DNA of 64,000 nucleotides. It comes from Chiloscyllium plagiosum (Eukaryota). The stretch is taken from positions 2,208,343 through 2,272,342 of the forward strand of contig NC_057760.1 in the NCBI RefSeq assembly GCF_004010195.1. Reading direction: 5' to 3'. Positions 27,101 to 39,797 of this stretch are shown piece after piece. Each line of letters opens with the position of its first letter. Position 1 is the first letter of the stretch. The position numbers and the translations under genes are program-made. Below the pieces are notes generated by a model, which searched no databases, was not told the DNA's origin, and was given only the letters and a program-made list of their open reading frames with translations.

Positions 27101-29394
27101 AGGGAGAGCGCGAGGGAGAGCGCGAGGGAGAGCGCGAGGGAGAGCGCGAGGGAGAGCGCGAGGGAGAGCGCGAGGGAGAGCGCGAGGGAGAGCGCGAGGG
27201 AGAGCGCGAGGGAGAGCGCGAGGGAGAGCGCGAGGGAGAGCGCGAGGGAGAGCGCGAGGGAGAGCGCGAGGGAGAGCGCGAGGGAGAGCGCGAGGGAGAG
27301 CGCGAGGGAGAGCGCGAGGGAGAGCGCGAGGGAGAGCGCGAGGGAGAGCGCGAGGGAGAGCGCGAGGGAGAGCGCGAGGGAGAGCGCGAGGGAGAGCGCG
27401 AGGGAGAGCGCGAGGGAGAGCGCGAGGGAGAGCGCGAGGGAGAGCGCGAGGGAGAGCGCGAGGGAGAGCGCGAGGGAGAGCGCGAGGGAGAGCGCGAGGG
27501 AGAGCGCGAGGGAGAGCGCGAGGGAGAGCGCGAGGGAGAGCGCGAGGGAGAGCGCGAGGGAGAGCGCGAGGGAGAGCGCGAGGGAGAGCGCGAGGGAGAG
27601 CGCGAGGGAGAGCGCGAGGGAGAGCGCGAGGGAGAGCGCGAGGGAGAGCGCGAGGGAGAGCGCGAGGGAGAGCGCGAGGGAGAGCGCGAGGGAGAGCGCG
27701 AGGGAGAGCGCGAGGGAGAGCGCGAGGGAGAGCGCGAGGGAGAGCGCGAGGGAGAGCGCGAGGGAGAGCGCGAGGGAGAGCGCGAGGGAGAGCGCGAGGG
27801 AGAGCGCGAGGGAGAGCGCGAGGGAGAGCGCGAGGGAGAGCGCGAGGGAGAGCGCGAGGGAGAGCGCGAGGGAGAGCGCGAGGGAGAGCGCGAGGGAGAG
27901 CGCGAGGGAGAGCGCGAGGGAGAGCGCGAGGGAGAGCGCGAGGGAGAGCGCGAGGGAGAGCGCGAGGGAGAGCGCGAGGGAGAGCGCGAGGGAGAGCGCG
28001 AGGGAGAGCGCGAGGGAGAGCGCGAGGGAGAGCGCGAGGGAGAGCGCGAGGGAGAGCGCGAGGGAGAGCGCGAGGGAGAGCGCGAGGGAGAGCGCGAGGG
28101 AGAGCGCGAGGGAGAGCGCGAGGGAGAGCGCGAGGGAGAGCGCGAGGGAGAGCGCGAGGGAGAGCGCGAGGGAGAGCGCGAGGGAGAGCGCGAGGGAGAG
28201 CGCGAGGGAGAGCGCGAGGGAGAGCGCGAGGGAGAGCGCGAGGGAGAGCGCGAGGGAGAGCGCGAGGGAGAGCGCGAGGGAGAGCGCGAGGGAGAGCGCG
28301 AGGGAGAGCGCGAGGGAGAGCGCGAGGGAGAGCGCGAGGGAGAGCGCGAGGGAGAGCGCGAGGGAGAGCGCGAGGGAGAGCGCGAGGGAGAGCGCGAGGG
28401 AGAGCGCGAGGGAGAGCGCGAGGGAGAGCGCGAGGGAGAGCGCGAGGGAGAGCGCGAGGGAGAGCGCGAGGGAGAGCGCGAGGGAGAGCGCGAGGGAGAG
28501 CGCGAGGGAGAGCGCGAGGGAGAGCGCGAGGGAGAGCGCGAGGGAGAGCGCGAGGGAGAGCGCGAGGGAGAGCGCGAGGGAGAGCGCGAGGGAGAGCGCG
28601 AGGGAGAGCGCGAGGGAGAGCGCGAGGGAGAGCGCGAGGGAGAGCGCGAGGGAGAGCGCGAGGGAGAGCGCGAGGGAGAGCGCGAGGGAGAGCGCGAGGG
28701 AGAGCGCGAGGGAGAGCGCGAGGGAGAGCGCGAGGGAGAGCGCGAGGGAGAGCGCGAGGGAGAGCGCGAGGGAGAGCGCGAGGGAGAGCGCGAGGGAGAG
28801 CGCGAGGGAGAGCGCGAGGGAGAGCGCGAGGGAGAGCGCGAGGGAGAGCGCGAGGGAGAGCGCGAGGGAGAGCGCGAGGGAGAGCGCGAGGGAGAGCGCG
28901 AGGGAGAGCGCGAGGGAGAGCGCGAGGGAGAGCGCGAGGGAGAGCGCGAGGGAGAGCGCGAGGGAGAGCGCGAGGGAGAGCGCGAGGGAGAGCGCGAGGG
29001 AGAGCGCGAGGGAGAGCGCGAGGGAGAGCGCGAGGGAGAGCGCGAGGGAGAGCGCGAGGGAGAGCGCGAGGGAGAGCGCGAGGGAGAGCGCGAGGGAGAG
29101 CGCGAGGGAGAGCGCGAGGGAGAGCGCGAGGGAGAGCGCGAGGGAGAGCGCGAGGGAGAGCGCGAGGGAGAGCGCGAGGGAGAGCGCGAGGGAGAGCGCG
29201 AGGGAGAGCGCGAGGGAGAGCGCGAGGGAGAGCGCGAGGGAGAGCGCGAGGGAGAGCGCGAGGGAGAGCGCGAGGGAGAGCGCGAGGGAGAGCGCGAGGG
29301 AGAGCGCGAGGGAGAGCGCGAGGGAGAGCGCGAGGGAGAGCGCGAGGGAGAGCGCGAGGGAGAGCGCGAGGGAGAGCGCGAGGGAGAGCGCGAG
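21119..29394. repeat. Perfect 12-bp tandem array (AGCGCGAGGGAG)n, ~690 copies
   Basis: Directly visible with no variant unit seen. Followed by (GAGT)n/(GAGAGT)n to ~29462. Confidence 0.95.
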
Positions 29395-29423
29395 TGAGTG
29401 TGAGTGAGTGAGTGAGTGAGTGA

Positions 29424-29458
<35 letters not shown>

Positions 29459-30324
29459 AGAGCCTACCTCTGCACCAGAAGACCCAGGTTTCTCCCCCCC
29501 CCCCCAGGTTATTGACATCCTTTGGTACTTTTTCCAGTTTAGTAACATCCTATCTGTAGCAGGGTGACCAGTGCTGTACACAGTACCCTGAATGTGGTCT
29601 CACAAACATTTTGTACAGTCAGAAGGGAAAAGTCCCCATGTTGTTGGGCTAAAAGGGCAGCTCCTCATTAAAAAGTGTCCCTTAGTTCAGAGGACAGAAA
29701 TGAGAACAGAAAATATTGACTACACTCTGAAATGACTACACTGACTCCAGTGAGCTCTGAACTGCACTGCCTGGGAGGGTCGTTGAGGTGGGAAACCTCT
29801 CACCCTGTGAAAGGCACTTGGATGAGCATTTGAAGTGACATAACATGCAAAATGGTGGTGGAAAAGTGGGACTAGAGTTGCTTTAGAGCTTTGATAGGGA
29901 GCCACAATGGGACGTAGGGTCTCTTCTGCAATGTAGGAGTCTATGATTCTGTGGAGAGCTACTCCGAGAATCCCAAATGCAGCCCGACAAGATTGGGATC
30001 GGATGGTTAGGGGGTTGCTTTTTGGTCAGTGCTGATGCGATGGTGTAGGTTTGCTGCAGATCTTGGTGACTGTCAGAAAGGGCTGGCCCTAGGCCAGGGC
30101 CAGTTTGCAGACAGTCTGGTTTATAGTTACAGCACAGGCACTTCATGAACCTGGCAAACTTACTTCCCCAGAGCTAGTCTCAGAGGTTAAGACTGGTATC
30201 AACATTGGGACTCCAGTCAGCTTGCTTTCATTAACCTCTTGTTCCAATACTGGCTCATTACAGACACAGTTTATAATGCAGAAAATGATTACTTTCTGCC
30301 TGCTTTCACCAAGGAAAATGCAAG

Positions 30325-30473
30325 TACCAAGGAACCTCGATTATCTGAACGCCTCAGGCAGGGAGTATTTTGTTCGGACAACATAGTTTAGCCAAGCATC
30401 AGGACCTTGCGATCTTGCCCGGATAATCCAAAATTCGGATAATTGCATGCCGGATAATCGTGGCTCCTGTGTA
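30325..30473. mobile_element. Tc1/mariner (Tigger-like) MITE
   Basis: Inverted ends ta-ccaaggaacctcgattatc / gataatcgtggctcctgtg-ta with internal cggataat repeats. Confidence 0.5.
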
Positions 30474-30989
30474 ATCTTCCAGAACTGGAGACCCAAATAG
30501 TTAGGGAAGATAAAGTCACCGTATTCGTACCAGACCATAGGGCTCCTCTCTCTCTGGGGAGAGAGGGGGAGGGAGGGAGACAGAGAGCGGCAGACAGAGA
30601 GCGGCAGACAGAGAGCGACAGACAGAGAGCGACAGACAGACAGGTGTTGGTTTAAACCGACTCCTCAGCTCGGTAGGCCGGATGGCTGGGACACAGTGCA
30701 GAGTGGATTCAATTCCCACACCAGCTGAAGTTACCATGGAGAGCTGTTGCCAATCTCTCCCCTCAGCTGAACTATGGTGTCCCTCAGGTTAAATCAACAC
30801 AAGTTATCTCTCTCGCTTGGTCTCTCTCTCGAATGAGAGGGGAGCCCTAGGGCCTGGTAAAACGATGGTAGCTAGGGAGGATCAGGTGGTTAAAGGAAAT
30901 TAGTGCAAGAAAGAAGACCATATTGAAGAAATTAATCAAGCTGATAATTGATAAAATCTTTAGACCCGATGGCATGAAACAGATTACAG

Positions 30990-31548
30990 TTGGGAGGTGG
31001 AAGACCTGGTAAAACAGCGCACTGAGAACAACCTAGCTCTCAATGCTGGCAAAACCAAGGAACTCATTATTAACTTTTGGCAGGATGTTACTCATGCCCC
31101 CTACACATTAACAGCACAGAGGTGGAATGAGTGGAGAGTGTCAAGCTCCTGAGAGTGGGCATCCACAACAGGCTTTCTTGGATTCTTCATGTAAACGCAC
31201 TGGTTACAAAGACCCAACAACGTCTCTTCTTCCTCAGGCAGCTGAGGAAATTTGGCATGATGGTGAATACCCTCGCCAACTTTTATAGGTGCACCATCGA
31301 GCGCTTTCTGTCTGGATGTATCACTATCTGTACCATTCAAGATCGGAGTCTGTTGCAGAGAGTGGTGAACTCAGCCCATCATACTGAATGGACTCACAAA
31401 CTGTTAACATTCGCCTGTACCTGTGTTTTTGTTTTTGCCACTGTTTACCCATCACTTACTATCTATGCTACTTAACTCGTGATCTGCCTGTATTGCTTGC
31501 AAGACTGTGCCTCGGTACACATGACAATAAATTCAATTCAATTCAAAT
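30990..31548 (+). mobile_element. Rex1/Babar-type LINE 3' fragment
   Basis: LSWILHVNALVTKTQQRLFFLRQLRKFG...FYRCTIE with a (ttcaa)n tail. Confidence 0.7.
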
Positions 31549-32399
31549 TGCTGAAAGCGATGGCCATAGAGATAGTTGATGCATTGATAATTATCTTCCA
31601 AAAGTGATTGGATTCTCAAAATGATTCCTGTGGATTGGGTGGTAACTAACGTAATGCCACTCGGTCAGAGGCTGCGAAATCTGTTCTGAGTAACTGACCT
31701 CCTGACTCCCCAAAGCCTGTCTCACCATTGACTAGGCACAAGTCAGGATTGGGATGCACTCCACCAGACTTGACTGGATGGGTGTGACTCCAACAATAGA
31801 GTTGTACAGCATGGAACAGACCCTTCAGTCCAACTCATCCACGCCGATCAGATACCCTAAATAAATTTAGTCCCACTTGCCAGCATTTGGCCCATATCCC
31901 TCTAAACCCCTTCATATTCATGTAACCATCCAGATGCCTTTTAAATGTTGTAACTGCACAATACTGCAGAAGCGTGACACCATCCAGGACAAAGCAGCCT
32001 GTATCACTGGCACCACATTCACAAGCATCTACTCCCTCCACCACTGACGCTCAGTCGCAGCAGCGTGTACTATCTACAAGATGCAGTGCAGAAATTTACT
32101 GAGGTTCCTTAGACAGCACCTTCCAAACCACTGCATCCAGAAGGACAAGGGCAGCAGATACAGCGGAACACCACCACCTGCAAGGTCCCCTCCATTCCCG
32201 ACTTGGAAATATATCACTCTTCTTTCAGTGTCACTGGGTCAAAACCCCACAACCCCCTTCTTTAACAGCATCATGGGTGTCTCTATAGCACATGGATTTC
32301 AGTGATTCGAGAGGATTGCTCGCCACAATCTTCTAGAGGGCAACCAGGGATGGGCCATGATCACCTCCCTTATGTAAATAAAAACAACTAATTTACAAG

Positions 32400-33300
32400 G
32401 GAACTGGAGAGAAAACAGGGAGCTGCAGACCCTTCAACCTTACATTAGCACAAGGGACATGCTGGAATGTATCATCAAGGATTTGATAAATAGACATTCT
32501 GATAATAACAATCTTTTTGGACTCAATCAGCATGGATTTTGTGAATGTTTGATGATCTTGAAATTATGGATGTGCCTAACAAAAATGATAAGGAGGAGCC
32601 AATGGACGTGATATGCTTAGATTTTCAGAAGGCTTTTGATATACCCCTTCATGAGACTAGTCAGAAAAATTAAAGCACGTAGGAGATAGGAGGTATGTAC
32701 TGGCATTGATTAACTCAGAGAAACACGGGGTCGGGTCATGGTCGTGTTGGGGGATCACAAGGATCAGTACCTGGTCCACAGCTGTTCACAATAAATATCA
32801 GTGACTTAGAGGTAGGACCAAAATGCAATATTTCTAAATTTTCAGATGCTACAAAGCTGAGTGGGAATGCGTGTTGTGAGGAAGGCAGCTTCAGGAGGAT
32901 TTGGACAGGCTTTGTGAATGGAGAGGCATGAGACAGACGCTATATAATGTGGAAAATGTGAGGTGATCCTCTTCGGTGACAAACAGATGTGTGGAGTACT
33001 TTTTAAATGGGAAGTGTAAACGCACAGTGAGACCAAGGGGTCCTTGTTGAAAAGTCACTGAAGGCCAATGTTCAGGTGAAGCAAGTTATCAGGAAGCCTG
33101 GTGGAATGCTAGCCTTTATTGTGAGAGAGTTTGAGTACAGGAGTCGTGAGGTCTTGATTCAATTGTCCAGGAGCTTGGTTAGATCACACCTGGAATACAG
33201 CGTGTGCAGTTCTGCTCTCCTTATCTCAGGGAGGACATTATTGCGAGAGAGGAAGTGCATCAAGAGTTTAACAGACTTGTTCCCAGGATACTAGGACCGT
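32400..33300 (+). mobile_element. Degraded CR1 ORF2
   Basis: LDFQKAFD, FSDATKL and SLVRSHLEYS motifs. Confidence 0.75.
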
Positions 33301-35329
33301 CCTGTGAAAAGTGATCAGCAACATTGGGCCTGGTAGTGGAGGGGGCATTGCGCTGGGTGCCAGGAACATTTGGGAGAAATCTAACCTTTGTGTTCTTTAT
33401 GTACAATCTCTCAGTGCCTCCCACACATACTATCACAAGCACTCAGTACAACACGCTGTCTATTACACAAACTGCCCATAGTCTTACTACAGACAAACAA
33501 CCTTCAGCAAGAGATTTCAAACTGAGGGAACCAAGCCAAAACATATCTAGCACTGGAGGGACCATCTTAAAGTTTGACCAAAGAGCTGAAATCGAAGGCC
33601 ATGATGAAAGGGAAGTAGAGAGTTGACAGAAGAAATACTGCACGTATCTCTCTCACACATTTGAGAGAATGACTCATACAAACAATAAAAACCACTAGTG
33701 GTTTCCCCAACATACACACATCAGGACATAGTGAGCCACACAATACAAAAAAAAGGTGAATGTGAAAATGACAAGGGGGGGGCGAGTGCAAAAATGCAGA
33801 GCTCATCCCCTCATTCCTTCCTCTCTCGGTTCAGGACAGGGAATGCAGGAAATCGGACTTCAATGTTCAAACATAGCTCTGGTGCTGAAAAACCATATAC
33901 ACACACATCCGCCCCACCACACAGCGCGCCTCTCTACTTCAGAGACCAGCTTTGACCTGGCGGGTTATTACTGGCTGATTGAGGAGCGTGACGCACCAGA
34001 CTGCAAGTGGTGTGCGTGACTTCCAAGTCAGCAGGCAGAGACTGGACACGAAGCTGAGGCCAATCCTCCACACTGACAGTGCCAGTACTGAGTGGGGGCC
34101 TAACCAGAGACCGAAATAGAGGAACAAATTGCAGGAATGCTAAAAGGCTGCCTCTATTTCTCTCCCTTCTCCACAGATGCTGCCAGACCGGCTGAGTTTC
34201 TCCAGCAGTTTTTGTTTTGGTTTCAGGATCAGCAGCATTCCACTGTTTGCGTTACAGTTCTTCCCTGGGGCCAATGTTCACCTCTCTGATCGAAGTCACT
34301 AAAAGGAGAGAGTCTGGGTAATTACTCCACGGGGGATCTTACTGAGCACAAACTGCTCATCACAATTCCACAGTAACTGCAGTCTCCCTACACGCGAGGC
34401 ACCTGGGACCACCCAGAGCCCACGCTCTCTGGTTGAGCTCTCCAACCTTAAACATGTCCTTCCGTAACACTTTCACAAACGAAGTTAATCAACCTGTTGC
34501 AACAAGGGGAACACGAGGGGACCGTTTCAGACAGGGGAGTCACAGATAAGCTGGAAGCTCAACAGTACACGGGTAGGACAGGCTGGTACCTGAAGGAAAA
34601 CGTGGAGTGAGAGTGGGTGAAACAGGGAGCCGGACAGGAGTGAAGCAGTCTCAGGTCCATGAAGCACACGGCTGGTTTGCAATCCCTCTGTCCACCAGGT
34701 CGTCGCACACCAGCACCTGAACGGAACAGAGAGTAGGTCAGGTCAGGTCAGGTCAGCATGTTTCTGCCAGGCTGAGCAAATTACCTGGTCAAGTAGCTAC
34801 TGGCCTCATGCCCATCTTCAAAATAACTTCAACCAGCGCCGGGGGGGGGGGGGGGGGGGAGAAACAAGAGAATAGAGAGAAGGGGAGGAAGAGGGGTAAT
34901 GAGAGAGAGAGAGAGAGAGCGCGAGAGTGTGTGTGTGTGTGTGTCGGGGAGGGGGGCGAGGAGAGAGAGAGAGAGCGTGCACGCGCGCGGGGGAGGGGGC
35001 ATTCCTGATTGTTGATCTAAGACAGTAACTCGTAAGTACATTCTCCTTGCTGTGACTTGCAGCCCACAAGAGGAAACATCTCCACATCTACCCCATCAAA
35101 TCCCTTTCCTTACTTTGAGGATAGGTCACCTCACAGCTTTGAGGCCAATTTCAGACGTTCTGGATTGTTCTAACCACTTGCGGGTCTGATACCATCACCC
35201 CCACATCATCCACATGCAAAAGATCAAATCACACAAAACTTTCTCTGCTTTTAATCCGGCTCAGGACCACGCAGCCAGAGCATGTATGGAATATTTCTTT
35301 CCCTCGTCCAGAGGCCTCTTCTGGGTTAC

Positions 35330-35880
35330 CATGTCCAGTTCTAGTCACCCTGTTATAGGAAGGATATTATTAAACTGGAGAGGGTTCAGAACAGATTTAC
35401 CAAGATGTTGCCAGGACTGGAGGGTTTGGGTTAGAAGGGAAGGCTGGATAAGCTGGGATTTTTCCCACCAGATAGATGGAGGCTGAGGGGTGACCTTATC
35501 GAGGTTTATAAAATCATGAGGGTAAATAGCAAGGGTCTTTTTTCCCTAGGGTAAAGGGAGTACAAAACTACAGGGCATTTTGTTTTGTTCAGGTAAGAGG
35601 AAGAAGATTTAAAAAGGACACGAGGAGCAACTTTCTTTTTACACAGAGTGTGGTTCGTGTGCGGAATGAACTTTCAGAGGACGTGGGTATGATTATAACG
35701 TTTAAAAGACATTTGGATAGGTACATGAAGAGGAAAGGTTTGGAGGGATATGGACCAGGAGAAGGCAAACAGGACTAATCTTTGCGAGAACCTTAACGGG
35801 ACTAGTTTAGGTTGGGAACATGGTCGGCGTGGATAAGTTGGACCGAAGGGTCTGTTTCCATCCTGTACAACTCTATGATG
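35330..35880 (+). mobile_element. CR1 3' fragment
   Basis: aggctgaggggtgaccttatcgaggtttataaaatcatgagg plus 3' tail. Confidence 0.8.
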
Positions 35881-36087
35881 TATTCTTGTACATATTGCAA
35901 TCGTAAAAAAAGTCTGTCTAAACGGCCTGTTGTGAGTGTCAATCCAAGCTGAGGGTAAGGCTGTATCTCATCTGTGAGATGGCACAAAAGCCTGACATGC
36001 TTTTGTGGCAGTAAGGAGGGGGAGTTTTGGAAGGACATTGGCTAGGCCACTGTGGGAATATTGCGTGCAATTCTGGTCTCCTTCCTG

Positions 36088-36587
36088 NNNNNNNNNNNNN
36101 NNNNNNNNNNNNNNNNNNNNNNNNNNNNNNNNNNNNNNNNNNNNNNNNNNNNNNNNNNNNNNNNNNNNNNNNNNNNNNNNNNNNNNNNNNNNNNNNNNNN
36201 NNNNNNNNNNNNNNNNNNNNNNNNNNNNNNNNNNNNNNNNNNNNNNNNNNNNNNNNNNNNNNNNNNNNNNNNNNNNNNNNNNNNNNNNNNNNNNNNNNNN
36301 NNNNNNNNNNNNNNNNNNNNNNNNNNNNNNNNNNNNNNNNNNNNNNNNNNNNNNNNNNNNNNNNNNNNNNNNNNNNNNNNNNNNNNNNNNNNNNNNNNNN
36401 NNNNNNNNNNNNNNNNNNNNNNNNNNNNNNNNNNNNNNNNNNNNNNNNNNNNNNNNNNNNNNNNNNNNNNNNNNNNNNNNNNNNNNNNNNNNNNNNNNNN
36501 NNNNNNNNNNNNNNNNNNNNNNNNNNNNNNNNNNNNNNNNNNNNNNNNNNNNNNNNNNNNNNNNNNNNNNNNNNNNNNNNNNNNNNN
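36088..36587. other. Assembly gap (500 N)
   Basis: N run. Confidence 1.
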
Positions 36588-36699
36588 CATAATTCGCACA
36601 ACCTGGGGTCTATCTACCATTGCGCTGGGAAACCCATTGAACAGTCTTTCACTGTTTACTTGATTTTTTTTCCCGTTCTTCCCGCCCTTCCTCCAGTTC

Positions 36700-37210
36700 G
36701 GGAGTTTATTTTCTGGTCGCCGAGCACCGCGTCTCCTCCCTTTCCCACCCCCGTGGCATTGTTGATCCTACCTGTCCATCAGGGCCCAACCCCGCCCCCT
36801 CGCATGGACCCTGCGCCCCATTGGCTACACGGCCCGCCGATCACGTGGTAGCCCCGCCCCCTTCAGATGGGAGCCCGCACTCTATTGGCAGTATCATGCA
36901 TTAGTCCCACCTTCCACGCCGCGGCTCTGAGACACCATTGTTCGGCAGGCCCGTCCGTCGAGTCGTAGTCCCGCCTTACCGCGGGCAGCTCCTAATCCCT
37001 ATTGGCTGCCTGTCAAGCATTTACCCCGCCCCCGAATGGAGGGCGCCAAGCCAATGGATTACGTTCCGACCATTAGCGTAGCGACCCACACCCGTCACTA
37101 TCTGATTGGCCCTTCCCGCCGTCAACCATCACCCTGAACCAATCGCAGTGGAGGGGCGTGTCGATTGCTCCGTTTCCCCTCCCAATTTGACATTTCAATG
37201 GCGGAGCTGA
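36700..37210. promoter_or_regulatory. CpG-rich promoter, probably of ZNF687
   Basis: CpG-dense. CCAAT/ATTGG at 36820, 36884, 37001, 37051, 37105 and 37139; GC boxes CCCCGCCCC at ~36790, 36852 and 37024; E-box CACGTG at 36842; YY1-like AATGGCGG at 37197. Confidence 0.7.
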
Positions 37211-37334
37211 TGGATCTGGTTTCAGCTCAATTACAGTTTTTTAACAACATTGTCTTTACAAATAGGCAATAGACTGCCTTTGAAAGTTTGTGAGAGTTGC
37301 CCTGGTCACTCTGCTCAGCTTCTGGTGGGGAGTC

Positions 37335-38605
37335 ATAGAATCCCTGTAGCAGCAAGCCGTTCAGCCCATCGAATCCATGCTGACCCCTGGAGAGCATTCT
37401 CCCCAGACTCATTCCTGTAACCCTGCATTTCCCAGGGCTAATCCACCCAACCTGCACATCCCTGGACACTAAAGGCTAATTCAGCATAGCCAATCCACCC
37501 TAAACTGCCCATCTTTGGACTAGGAGCGTCACAGTGACTCAGTGGTTAGCAGTGCTGCCTTACAGCACCAGGGACCCGGGTTCAATTCCAGCCTTGGATG
37601 ACTGTGTGGAGCTTGCACGTTCTCCCCGTGTCTGCGTGGGTTTGCTCCGGTTTCCTCCCACAGTCACAAAGGTGAATTGGCCATGCTAAATTGCCCGTAG
37701 TGTTAGGGGAATAGGTCTGGGTGGGTTGTTCTTCGGAGGGTCAGTGTGGACTTGTTGCGCCGAAGGACCTGTTTCCACACTGTAGGGAATCTACCTGGAG
37801 GAAACCCACGCAGAGACGGGGAGAATGTCATTAGCTAATTTGCTGATGATACAAAGCTGGGTGGCAGGGTGAAATGTGATGAGGATGTTGGGAGATTACA
37901 GGGTGACCTGGACAAGTTAGGTGAGTGGCCAGATGCATGGCAGATGCAGTTTAATGTGGATAAATGTATGGTTATCCACTTTGGTGGCAAGAACAGGAAG
38001 GCAGATTACTACCTAAATTGAATCAATTTAGGTAAAGGGGCAGTACAGAGAGATCTGGGTGTTCTTGTACACCAGTCAATGAAGGTAAGCATGCAGGTAC
38101 AGCAGGTAGTGAAGAAGGATAATAGCATGCTGGCCTTCATAACAAGAGGAATTGAGTATAGAACCAAAGGGGTTCTTCTGCAGCTGTACAGGGCCCTGGT
38201 GAGACCACACCTGGAGTACTGTCAACAGTTTTGGTCTCCTGACTGTCTCCAATACCAGTTTCTTCAGATAAGGTTAGTTAGGCTGAGCCCAGGAATGGAG
38301 AGACTGTCTTATGAGGAGACGTGGTACAGGTTGGAATATAGAAAGAGAGGCAACCTTATCATTTAAGAAAGAGTTGGATAGAGCTCTCAAGGATAGTGGA
38401 ATCAAGGGTTATGGAGAGAAGGCAGGAACAGGATACTGATTAGGAATGATCAGCCATGATCATATTGAATGGTGGTGCAGGCTCGAAGGGCTGAATGACC
38501 TACTCCTGCACCTATTGTCTATTGTCTATTGTCTAATGTGCAACCTCCACACAAACAAGTGCCCATGGTCCCTGGCGCTGTGAGGCACTGAGCCACCGTG
38601 CTGTC
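37335..38605. mobile_element. Nested cluster: SINE containing a SINE and a CR1 3' fragment
   Basis: Outer minus-strand SINE is split by a plus-strand SINE (~37525-37793) and a plus-strand CR1 (37829-38534) ending in (ctattgt)n. Confidence 0.7.
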
Positions 38606-39484
38606 CATCGTAATTAAGGGCGTAGGAGCAGAAGTGGTGTATTCACGTCATCGACTCTGTTCTGCCACTCAATGAGCACTTACCAATTTTGAAAATAGTC
38701 AAAAATGAAGCAAAGAACCACAGAAATCTGGACAAAAACCAAAACTGCTGGGGAAATTCAGCAGGTGTGACAGCAGCCGTGGAGAGAAATCAGTGAAAAC
38801 ATTTTGGGGTACAGCGAATCTTCTACAGAGCAGTTCTACTGGTTGGAGTTTTGAGAATTAGGCAGCATAGTCTGACAATTATGGTCAGACTGTTCAGGAG
38901 AGATATTAGGAAGCACTTCTCCATAGAAAGGGTCAGTGGAATTTTGGAACTTCCACAAATAGAAGTTGACACTAGATCTGTTAGTTTCAATCTGACATTT
39001 TATACATTATTTTAATCCTGTAAAATTTTATGTGTTTCTGTGAATGACATTTTTAACAGAAAGATCTGTCCCTTTTGACCCTGATTGTGTCTACACCACC
39101 AGATTTGTAAAGACCTCTTAATAAAGTTAGGTCACGTGAGTTTGGGGGAGAGCTTTCCAATTAAAATAGCAATTGACTTAACAGCAGAAGACAGAGAGTG
39201 GTTGTGGAGGATTGCTTTTTGGACTGGAGGCCTATCCCCCAGCGCTGTGCCACATGGATTGGTTCTGGGTACTCCACTGGTCACAGGCCTCCAGTCTGAA
39301 AAACAACCCTCCACCACCACCCTCTGTCTTCTACCTTTGAGCCAGTTCTGTATCCAAATGGCTCCTTCTCCCTGTATTCCATGAGACCTAAACAGGATGT
39401 TGTTGGGTACGGAAGGTTTGAGTAATAAAAAAAGGCTGGATAGGCTGGGACGTTTTTTTCACTGGAGTGTAGGAGGTTGAGGGA

Positions 39485-39797
39485 CTAGACTAGACTACAT
39501 TACAGTGTGGAAACAGGCCCTTCGGCCCAACAAGTCCACACCGACCCGCCGAAGCGCAACCCACCCATACCCCTACATTTACCCCTTACCTAACACTACG
39601 GGCAATTTAGCATGGCCAATTCACCTGACCTGCACATGTTTGGACTGTGGGAGGAAACCGGAGCACCCAGAGGAAACCCACGCAGACACGGGGAGAACGT
39701 GCAAACTCCACACAGTCAGTCGCCTGAGGCGGGAATTGAACCCGGGTCTCTGGCACTGTGAGGCAGCAGTGCTAACCACTGTGCCACCGTGCCGCCC
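39485..39797 (-). mobile_element. HE1/V-SINE, well preserved, inside a CR1 fragment
   Basis: Full-length copy splitting the CR1 3' region (39390-40150). Confidence 0.8.

Noticed and set aside
20999..29581. ~2800-aa ORFs (RALP, ARES, REGE repeats)
   Set aside because: By-product of a stop-free 12-mer array; the ends run into CR1 sequence and there is no gene structure.
35939..36851. ORFs spanning N runs (also 56247-56786)
   Set aside because: Artefacts of assembly gaps.
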